Virus record (IMG/VR): IMGVR_UViG_3300037507_003370
Coordinates: 1-64,000 of that record
From: a virus
Lineage: Duplodnaviria; Caudoviricetes
DNA: 64,000 bases
Reading direction: 5' to 3' (one strand)
The notes under the pieces were generated by a model that worked only from the letters and a program-made list of their open reading frames with translations, searched no databases and was not told the DNA's origin. The position numbers and the translations under genes are program-made. Shown one piece after another: positions 6,853-12,829 of the stretch. How positions within the stretch are numbered: position 1 is the first letter of the stretch; each line of letters begins with the position of its first letter.

Positions 6853-7271
6853 TCACTTGGCCTTAGAGTCGTTCATTTTCTTTAAAACTTCAACAATCAT
6901 AGGAATACCATAGAACATTTTTTAGTCTCCTAGTAGTTTACCACCCACGCCGCGATACATCCGAAGACAAACGCAATAGATAAAACAATAGCATCCCCAT
7001 CTTTCATACCTAATCCTTTTTTACAGTAGGAAAAACCAGGTCACAAACAAACCAAGAACACACAAGGCCAGCAATAAATCCAGCACCGAAACTATTCCAG
7101 TCTAAATATATATCGGCCATCCATGGCTCCTTACTTAAGTAATAAAAAACAAAGATATAAATAAACCAAAAAGAAACATAGTAGCAATAACTAGCGACAT
7201 TCTTCTATGATCCAACAAAGAAAAGTATTTAGTAAAATAACACCATATAAACCCGCGAGATATAAAATCAT
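6853..7271 (-). CDS. Run of five coupled micro-ORFs (21-36 aa), mostly single-TM peptides
   Basis: 7191..7271, ~7135..7200, 7010..7120, 6930..7007, 6853..6918; overlapping start/stop and GGAG RBSs. Confidence 0.55.
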
Positions 7272-7579
7272 CCTCCCACCACCATTCCTTCCATAAAAGG
7301 ATATTCCTTACCATTCAGTTTCACGAACCACTCATACTTGTGCTGGTACACACGAACGGGGCTATACTGGTTGATTCTATCCTTGGTGGTACTGGTTTGC
7401 CAACCCCCAGTCTGGAGGGTATAGGTATTGTCAGCATGAATCTTTACCACATAGGTGCTGTGGAGCAAAATACCAACCGATCCACACGGCAGGATTTCAG
7501 CGTAGGTGTTGTTTCCCACCTTGCGGCTGTCCTTATTCCGCTTGCCACGAACCATAGAAACTGCTTCAGCGTGAGTCAT
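7268..7579 (-). CDS. Phage hypothetical protein (GWxTxTTKxRIN type)
   Basis: Own promoter and RBS; motif common in phage early proteins. Confidence 0.75.
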   Translation of the reverse strand: MTHAEAVSMVRGKRNKDSRKVGNNTYAEILPCGSVGILLHSTYVVKIHADNTYTLQTGGWQTSTTKDRINQYSPVRVYQHKYEWFVKLNGKEYPFMEGMVVGG

Positions 7580-7606
7580 GTTCTTTTCCTTCTGGGTGAT
7601 GTTCTA

Positions 7607-7634
7607 AGTATACTCTACTTATCGGCTTTGTCAA
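7607..7634 (-). promoter_or_regulatory. sigma70-type promoter, class I
   Basis: TTGACA-aagCCGATAAgtagag-TATACT. Confidence 0.8.
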
Positions 7635-7750
7635 CCGCGATTCTTAAAATATTCGCGGATTCTTTTTTCGTCTCGTCGATTCTCAAAAAAGGTTACGATT
7701 TCGATATACATCATATAACCGAAAATCGCCAAAAATACCAGTCCAAACAT
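7631..7750 (-). CDS. 39-aa membrane peptide
   Basis: MFGLVFLAIFGYMMYIEIVTFF + basic tail; behind promoter 7777-7805; TGA overlaps next -35. Confidence 0.6.
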   Translation of the reverse strand: MFGLVFLAIFGYMMYIEIVTFFENRRDEKRIREYFKNRG

Positions 7751-7776
7751 TTGTTTTCCTTTTCCTTTGTATCGAC

Positions 7777-7805
7777 ATTATACAGGAAGAAACTTTAGAA
7801 GTCAA
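7777..7805 (-). promoter_or_regulatory. sigma70-type promoter, class II
   Basis: TTGACT-TCTAAAGtttcttcctg-TATAAT-gTCGATA. Confidence 0.75.
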
Positions 7806-7833
7806 CAACAAAATAAAAGATTCTAGAGTTGCT

Positions 7834-7913
7834 TTAAGTCGTTGAGCCTAAAGAGTTTACGTCAAGATCGTGCGGCCCGATTCGTCGTAAAGTCTTATGC
7901 AACAAGTAGTTAG
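7834..7913. repeat. 80-bp double-palindrome element
   Basis: TTAAGTCGTTG-N5-AAAGAGTTTAC / 26 bp / GTAAAGTCTTA-N5-CAAGTAGTTAG. Confidence 0.9.
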
Positions 7914-7972
7914 ATTCTTATAATATTGGTGTATAAACCATAGTCTACATTTCCATACCGGAGACGAGTACT

Positions 7973-8371
7973 ATGGCAAAATATGATCCACAAGAATATC
8001 AGCGAAATAAAGAGTCTTACAAGATTAGAAACCAAAGATACAAGAGCAAACATAGGTCTATGGTGAACCAAAAACAATCGGAATATAGATCAAAAACAAA
8101 AGATAAAATCAATCAGTATTCTAAAAGTCGTAGAAATAAAATAAGGATTCTATATGATGAATACATGAAAGATAAATCTTGCTTACATTGTGGATATGAT
8201 GATTCTCGCTCTCTCGTATGGCATCATACCGACCCATCACAAAAGAAAAATGGAGTTATTCAGTTGGTTGGTAAAAAACACGGGTGGGATACTATCATGA
8301 CAGAAATAAACAAATGTATATGCTTATGCCATAATTGTCATAATATATTACATAATCACCAGTCACCATAG
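7973..8371 (+). CDS. HNH endonuclease
   Basis: CLHCG...LVWHHTD...EINKCICLCHNCHNILH; antisense to surrounding genes. Confidence 0.85.
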   Translation: MAKYDPQEYQRNKESYKIRNQRYKSKHRSMVNQKQSEYRSKTKDKINQYSKSRRNKIRILYDEYMKDKSCLHCGYDDSRSLVWHHTDPSQKKNGVIQLVGKKHGWDTIMTEINKCICLCHNCHNILHNHQSP

Positions 8372-8625
8372 TCATCCATTGAAGGATTATAGTATTCATC
8401 TTCGGCCCAGCCTACTGACCCCATAGCGCTGTCGTGATCTCCATCCATGCTGTCATCATAGTGATCAGAGTAATCGTCATCGTGATCAGCATCGGCATGA
8501 TAGGCCGAACTATCTTCGCCATAGAAAGCGTCATGGTAATCATATTGATAATCGTCAAAGTGACTGCTCATGTCATCATCCTCATAAGAGTTATCGGGAT
8601 CGAACAAAGGATCAGGGTGACTCAT
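8356..8625 (-). CDS. Extremely acidic protein (no Lys/Arg)
   Basis: Asp-rich; SMDGDHDSAMxSxGWxEDEY motif. Confidence 0.75.
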   Translation of the reverse strand: MSHPDPLFDPDNSYEDDDMSSHFDDYQYDYHDAFYGEDSSAYHADADHDDDYSDHYDDSMDGDHDSAMGSVGWAEDEYYNPSMDDYGDW

Positions 8626-8692
8626 AACTAATCCTTACAAAGAACACAAAAACACAATCCAATATATGCCACGATAAAAAGAAGAGCGTTCA

Positions 8693-8878
8693 TTAGTATA
8701 TATTTGCCCAAAATGGTTCATTCGGAGTCAACTCGTCAACAATACCCACAATATCTGCCCAATCCCAGTAGTTGATCTCCATATTGGGATCATCAATCGG
8801 CTCGACCATAGGCTCGACGATACCCCGCTCGGCAAGGTCGGCCAGAACACCATTCACTTCGTCGAAGTCGTTCAGCAT
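8693..8878 (-). CDS. Acidic hypothetical protein (from MLNDF)
   Basis: GGAGAG RBS, promoter 8918-8945. Confidence 0.7.
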   Translation of the reverse strand: MLNDFDEVNGVLADLAERGIVEPMVEPIDDPNMEINYWDWADIVGIVDELTPNEPFWANIY

Positions 8879-8917
8879 CTTATGCTCTCCGTTGGTGGTC
8901 GCGATCATCATGCCACG

Positions 8918-8945
8918 ATTATACATACATTATCGGCCAATGCAA
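8918..8945 (-). promoter_or_regulatory. sigma70-type promoter, class I
   Basis: TTGCAT-tggCCGATAAtgtatg-TATAAT. Confidence 0.7.
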
Positions 8946-8987
8946 GGGGTAATCGTGAATATTTTTCCTTACAATACTGTAAGGTTC

Positions 8988-9040
8988 GCAAGTACTTATC
9001 GCACAATCTTTTATGAAAAATCGGGCCCCTCCATTTTACG
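8988..9040. repeat. 80-bp element, half copy
   Basis: GCAAGTACTTA-N5-CAATCTTTTAT plus GC-cored spacer; second palindrome degenerate. Confidence 0.6.
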
Positions 9041-9120
9041 TTTTGCCTACATTTACGCTGACTATAGCCCACCTTGCCAACCCTGTAGGTTGTGGTGATA
9101 CAAAATAAGCCCTGACTTAC

Positions 9121-9420
9121 TCAAGCCGGTTGTAGCGAATCGTTCTGGATTGCTGCATCCATCACCTTACCCGCCTTGAACCTGACCACGTTGTGAGCGG
9201 ACACCATCACACTCTCACCCGTTCGAGGATTGCGAGCGTTGCGAGGGGCGACCCTCTTGACTACGAACACACCGAAGTTGCGAAGTTCGATGCGACCAGT
9301 GGTAGAGAGCGTTTCGATCATGTTGTCTAGTGTGGCTTGCACGATCTCACGAGCCTGCTCGCCCGTCACACCCACCCGCTCCGCAATCCGCTCAATCATT
9401 TCACGCTTCGTACTGCTCAT
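9121..9420 (-). CDS. HU/IHF family DNA-bending protein
   Basis: TKREMIERIAE...IELRNFGVF...RNARNPRTGE...VRFKAGK. Confidence 0.93.
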   Translation of the reverse strand: MSSTKREMIERIAERVGVTGEQAREIVQATLDNMIETLSTTGRIELRNFGVFVVKRVAPRNARNPRTGESVMVSAHNVVRFKAGKVMDAAIQNDSLQPA

Positions 9421-9446
9421 CTGTTTCTCTCCGTTATGATACCTTG

Positions 9447-9474
9447 ATTATACTACATATTATCGTCATGTCAA
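9447..9474 (-). promoter_or_regulatory. sigma70-type promoter, class I (HU/IHF gene)
   Basis: TTGACA-tgACGATAAtatgtag-TATAAT. Confidence 0.8.
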
Positions 9475-9564
9475 TAAGAAAATCTTTGAGAAAAATAAAA
9501 ATAATCTTGTGCCAAAATATTTTATTTTCTTAAACAGAAGATCGTATCGATCAGCATATTAGTC

Positions 9565-9644
9565 GTAAGTATATATGCCATAACGCTTTAGATCAAACTG
9601 GGTCCGCCCGCATTTTTCTAAATGATTAGATGTCAAGATTTTGT
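9565..9644. repeat. 80-bp double-palindrome element
   Basis: GTAAGTATATA-N5-TAACGCTTTAG / 26 bp / CTAAATGATTA-N5-CAAGATTTTGT. Confidence 0.85.
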
Positions 9645-9677
9645 ATCATCAAATCTTTGAGCACTAGTGTACGGATG

Positions 9678-10070
9678 TCACCCCTCCGAGAAGGGGGAGA
9701 CTTCCTCTCCACAAGCAAGAATCGCCTCATACTGTGCGGCCAATGCGGCCTTACGTTCAGCCGAACCTGGCTTGCCAACCTTTACGATCATAAGATCGTC
9801 ACCCCCCTTATAGCGGGGATCGGCTTTTTCAGCCTTGATACTACCAGCATTACGCAACGCCTTGCGATTGAACTTCAAAACCTTCTCGCTACGGATCGGG
9901 CCATATACCCCATCAGCGAGTGATGGTTGGTGAGGGATTGCGATTCCAAGAAAGCACATGCGAACCTGACGCTTGGCATCTTCGATAATCTTGAACTTGG
10001 TAGCCATTTTCTTTTTCTCTCTTGGTTGGTGATACTGGAATGATTCTAGGAAACTTTTCTCGCCTTGCAT
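9678..10070 (-). CDS. Hypothetical basic protein
   Basis: 130-aa ORF; alternative start MATK. Confidence 0.65.
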   Translation of the reverse strand: MQGEKSFLESFQYHQPREKKKMATKFKIIEDAKRQVRMCFLGIAIPHQPSLADGVYGPIRSEKVLKFNRKALRNAGSIKAEKADPRYKGGDDLMIVKVGKPGSAERKAALAAQYEAILACGEEVSPFSEG

Positions 10071-10077
10071 ACCCCCC

Positions 10078-10221
10078 TTATGGGCGAGAGTTCATGAACC
10101 TTTCGGCATTGTAAGAAGTTTTGAAGGTTGCCAGAAGCCTACGGGAATATCCGTTGGGATACTTGGTTTCCCTATAAACCTTATACTTACCCTTTACGAC
10201 GATTAGAACCAGCGTTTCCAT
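10078..10221 (-). CDS. 47-aa mini-protein, paralog family A
   Basis: KYKVYR...RRLLATFKTSYNAERFMN. Confidence 0.7.
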   Translation of the reverse strand: METLVLIVVKGKYKVYRETKYPNGYSRRLLATFKTSYNAERFMNSRP

Positions 10222-10254
10222 TTTCACTCTCTCTTTCTTATACCTATATATAGA

Positions 10255-10269
10255 GCAATCGGTGTGCCA
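10255..10269 (-). promoter_or_regulatory. sigma54-type -24/-12 motif
   Basis: TGGCACACCGATTGC vs consensus TGGCACG-N4-TTGC. Confidence 0.6.
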
Positions 10270-10341
10270 AACATAGATTATTCTTTTTTGCGTTTCGCTC
10301 GGGAAAAACGCTATGACATTTTTTGATCCCCCTTTTTAAGC

Positions 10342-10417
10342 GTAGCATTTTGCAACACCCTGTAGCATTTTGCGTTAGTGATTTTGGCCGTCAAACACTA
10401 CCATTGTAGCATTTTGC
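10342..10417. repeat. Three copies of GTAGCATTTTGC
   Basis: Exact 12-mers at 10342, 10362, 10406, each containing the GCA-N3-TGC dyad. Confidence 0.85.
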
Positions 10418-10472
10418 AACGGATTACCCATCTTACCATGCCTCTTTTTTAGGCTTAAAATTTTTTATTCCG

Positions 10473-10487
10473 CGGCACAGTATTTGC
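10473..10487 (+). promoter_or_regulatory. sigma54-type -24/-12 motif (divergent)
   Basis: CGGCACAGTATTTGC. Confidence 0.5.
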
Positions 10488-10501
10488 TATATTCACTAGT
10501 C

Positions 10502-10581
10502 ATAAGTCATTACGCCACAATGCTTTACGTCAAATCGGTGGTCCCGGATTTTTCGTAAATGATTATCCATCAAGGGTTTAC
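10502..10581. repeat. 80-bp double-palindrome element
   Basis: ATAAGTCATTA-N5-CAATGCTTTAC / 26 bp / GTAAATGATTA-N5-CAAGGGTTTAC. Confidence 0.9.
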
Positions 10582-10587
10582 GTCTAA

Positions 10588-10797
10588 TTACCCCCTATAC
10601 TTGGGGGGATAGCTCCCCATCCACACCATATGGTCTCGATACCCCTTCGCGTGGGGGGTTCCGTGCCTCTTGCGTATAAGTCGCAACTGTGCCGCCAGCG
10701 TCCCCCTATAAATAGGGGATGGGTCACGTTGAATCCATTCTCCAATCCACTTGTTCGCAGGAACAGCAACCAAAAGTCTATGATCGAAAACTTGCAT
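10588..10797 (-). CDS. Hypothetical protein
   Basis: ORF ends 6 nt from the element. Confidence 0.55.
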   Translation of the reverse strand: MQVFDHRLLVAVPANKWIGEWIQRDPSPIYRGTLAAQLRLIRKRHGTPHAKGYRDHMVWMGSYPPKYRG

Positions 10798-10808
10798 CTT
10801 TCCCCTTA

Positions 10809-11018
10809 TTATTTGCGAAGAGTAGCACCGTTCGCCTTAGCGTACCTATACATGGCACGCTCGTCAACCATGAAACGCTCTACGCCTTTCAGATCTTTGA
10901 AATCCCAATGGTAGGTAAGCACATCTGAACGAACCATCCAACGCGCTTCAACATCGGAAGTACGCTTGAGCGTGTAGCCTATCTTTTTCAACTCTTTTGC
11001 AATCGTTTTGCTGTTCAT
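10809..11018 (-). CDS. Hypothetical protein
   Basis: Coupled to upstream mini-protein. Confidence 0.7.
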   Translation of the reverse strand: MNSKTIAKELKKIGYTLKRTSDVEARWMVRSDVLTYHWDFKDLKGVERFMVDERAMYRYAKANGATLRK

Positions 11019-11021
11019 TTT

Positions 11022-11174
11022 TCACCTAGACGAAGAGATACGATTCATGAAGCGTATAGCATCTTCGGAAGTCTTGAACTTGCCTAGTAACTTACGATTT
11101 TTCCCGTCATACGCACCGGAAATAATCTGAAATACCTTGAAAACCTTACCGTGCTGTTCGAGCGAAGTGTTCAT
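11022..11174 (-). CDS. 50-aa mini-protein, paralog family A
   Basis: VFKVFQ...DGKNRKLLGKFKTSEDAIRFMN; GAGGAG RBS. Confidence 0.7.
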   Translation of the reverse strand: MNTSLEQHGKVFKVFQIISGAYDGKNRKLLGKFKTSEDAIRFMNRISSSR

Positions 11175-11203
11175 TTGTTTTCTCCTCTATTCCTTATATC
11201 GAC

Positions 11204-11232
11204 ATTATACCCGGTCATTCTTTAGATTGCAA
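11204..11232 (-). promoter_or_regulatory. sigma70-type promoter, class II
   Basis: TTGCAA-TCTAAAGaatgaccggg-TATAAT-gTCGATATAAG. Confidence 0.75.
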
Positions 11233-11270
11233 GTAAAATATTTCCTTAAAATATCGTAAGGTTATCTTCA

Positions 11271-11285
11271 GCAAATATCATGCCA
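11271..11285 (-). promoter_or_regulatory. sigma54-type -24/-12 motif
   Basis: TGGCATGATATTTGC. Confidence 0.55.
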
Positions 11286-11331
11286 AAAAACATTTTTTCT
11301 TTTAGCACACCGTTTGCTGTAGCGATTCGCC

Positions 11332-11411
11332 GCAAATCCTTATGTAGCAATACTTTACGTCAAACCTGAGCCCGCGGCTTTGCTGTAAATGCTTATGCAG
11401 CAATGGTTTAC
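11332..11411. repeat. 80-bp double-palindrome element
   Basis: GCAAATCCTTA-N5-CAATACTTTAC / 26 bp / GTAAATGCTTA-N5-CAATGGTTTAC. Confidence 0.9.
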
Positions 11412-11446
11412 GTCAAGCCTTTCCCCCTAGTGGGGGGTGTATCCCC

Positions 11447-11683
11447 CTAGGCAAACTCCTCCTCGCCTTGGAAATCGTCGAGCCATTCATCATCCGTTTC
11501 GGGGTATTCGTCACCCATGATCGAATCATAGCCCTCTCCGTCATCGAGGCCCGGAATATAATCGTCATCGTCCCCGTATCCCGTTTCCCAGATGCTACCA
11601 TCTTCGGCTACCATTTCTTCCCAAGCCTTGAACATATCTTCCTCATTGATTTCGCTCATATCGTATACAAAGTCATTGCTCAT
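11447..11683 (-). CDS. Highly acidic protein
   Basis: D/E-rich 78 aa with a single Lys. Confidence 0.7.
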   Translation of the reverse strand: MSNDFVYDMSEINEEDMFKAWEEMVAEDGSIWETGYGDDDDYIPGLDDGEGYDSIMGDEYPETDDEWLDDFQGEEEFA

Positions 11684-11693
11684 TGTATGATCC

Positions 11694-11888
11694 TTATGCA
11701 AAAAGGTTTTCGGAAGTTTCGCTCATCTTATCGGCATAAAGGCTACGATACCCTATGCCATCATTCCGCGTATCATCTTCGATCATGATCGTGATCAACT
11801 CACGATTGCTCATCTTCTTGATTTCTACAACCAAGCCCGTATATCGCTTACCATCATACGTTGTCGAGATTTCTGTATTCAGTGTCAT
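11694..11888 (-). CDS. Small hypothetical protein
   Basis: Own promoter, AAAGGA RBS. Confidence 0.7.
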   Translation of the reverse strand: MTLNTEISTTYDGKRYTGLVVEIKKMSNRELITIMIEDDTRNDGIGYRSLYADKMSETSENLFA

Positions 11889-11905
11889 TTCTTTTCCTTT
11901 TCCCT

Positions 11906-11933
11906 AGTATACTTATCGGCAATCCTACGTCAA
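11906..11933 (-). promoter_or_regulatory. sigma70-type promoter, class I
   Basis: TTGACG-taggattgCCGATAAg-TATACT. Confidence 0.7.
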
Positions 11934-11953
11934 CCCCACTAGAAAATATTTTT

Positions 11954-12118
11954 TCAGTGAGCAAAAGCCGGAAGCCTTTTGATGATATTTACCCTACACC
12001 CATCCTCACCATCCCACTTATCGAAAGCGGCAGTAGTTGCCTGATCCTCAGTATAAAACGGGCCGATGAAATCCAGTTCACAATCCCAAGCGTCTACGAT
12101 TTGAGCGAAGTATGTCAT
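11954..12118 (-). CDS. 54-aa hypothetical protein (from MTYFAQ)
   Basis: GGGAG RBS behind class II promoter; upstream ORF extension overlaps the promoter. Confidence 0.65.
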   Translation of the reverse strand: MTYFAQIVDAWDCELDFIGPFYTEDQATTAAFDKWDGEDGCRVNIIKRLPAFAH

Positions 12119-12148
12119 TTCTTTTTCTCCCTTTTCTCTTATATCGTC

Positions 12149-12176
12149 ATTATACAGAATCCACTTTAGATTGCAA
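12149..12176 (-). promoter_or_regulatory. sigma70-type promoter, class II
   Basis: TTGCAA-TCTAAAGtggattctg-TATAAT-gACGATATAAG. Confidence 0.75.
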
Positions 12177-12214
12177 GCACAAAGTTTCCTTACAATGTCG
12201 TAAGGATACCAGTA

Positions 12215-12229
12215 GCAAATGTCATACCA
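12215..12229 (-). promoter_or_regulatory. sigma54-type -24/-12 motif
   Basis: TGGTATGACATTTGC. Confidence 0.5.
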
Positions 12230-12280
12230 AGAATATAGTATTCCCTTAAACATAACATCGTGTCGATCATATGATTAGCC

Positions 12281-12342
12281 ATAAGTCTATATACAGCAAT
12301 ACTTTACGTCAAATCGGGCCGCCCCATTTTTCTAAATTTAAC
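12281..12342. repeat. 80-bp element, partial
   Basis: ATAAGTCTATA-N5-CAATACTTTAC, spacer with CGGGCCGC, second palindrome decayed. Confidence 0.7.
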
Positions 12343-12351
12343 ATACCCCCC

Positions 12352-12564
12352 TTAGGTAGCATGTATGAATACTTGTTCATTTTTTGTCTTGTTAGTAATG
12401 CTCACAATCCAGTTACGCCCACTACCATCCTCACGCATGATAGCATTGATGATGCCCACATGAGCGTTGCCCTTTGGGTCAATCACACTGCCATACTTGC
12501 CAGCACGCATAGCGGCCATAATCTTGTCGAGGCTATTCATTTTCTTTTCCTGTAGAGTGATCAT
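12352..12564 (-). CDS. Hypothetical protein
   Basis: Behind promoter 12565-12593; likely start MNSL. Confidence 0.7.
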   Translation of the reverse strand: MITLQEKKMNSLDKIMAAMRAGKYGSVIDPKGNAHVGIINAIMREDGSGRNWIVSITNKTKNEQVFIHAT

Positions 12565-12593
12565 ACTATATACCTTATTCCCTTACTTGTCAA
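12565..12593 (-). promoter_or_regulatory. sigma70-type promoter
   Basis: TTGACA-17-TATAGT. Confidence 0.7.
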
Positions 12594-12727
12594 GAGGCAT
12601 TCATGAATCGGATGGCTTCTTCACTATTCTTGAACGTACCAAGCAACTTCCTATTTTTCCCATCATTCTTATTCGAATCCATCCTATATACCTTATACTT
12701 CTTACCAACCTGAATGAGAGTCAGCAT
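12590..12727 (-). CDS. 45-aa mini-protein, paralog family A
   Basis: KYKVYR...DGKNRKLLGTFKNSEEAIRFMN. Confidence 0.7.
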   Translation of the reverse strand: MLTLIQVGKKYKVYRMDSNKNDGKNRKLLGTFKNSEEAIRFMNAS

Positions 12728-12754
12728 TTTGGCCTTTCTTTCTTGTGTGCTGCT

Positions 12755-12782
12755 ATTATACCATATTTATCGGCCATTGCAA
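12755..12782 (-). promoter_or_regulatory. sigma70-type promoter, class I
   Basis: TTGCAA-tggCCGATAAatatgg-TATAAT. Confidence 0.7.
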
Positions 12783-12829
12783 GACAAATCTTGAAATATA
12801 TTTTCGTGCCAAATAAAAATATTTTTAGA

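Noticed and set aside
701-11411. 80-bp repeats as a CRISPR array
   Set aside because: Repeats are degenerate and 80 bp long, spacers are 0.5-1.7 kb with genes and promoters, and no cas genes are present.
701-11411. 80-bp repeats as integron attC or Xer dif sites
   Set aside because: No RYYYAAC/GTTRRRY ends, no dif consensus (TTATGTTAAAT, 6-bp spacer), and no IntI/Xer gene in the window; only the architecture is analogous.
701-11411. 80-bp repeats as intrinsic terminators
   Set aside because: Arms are AT-rich and mismatched, there is no U-tract, and length rather than pairing is conserved.
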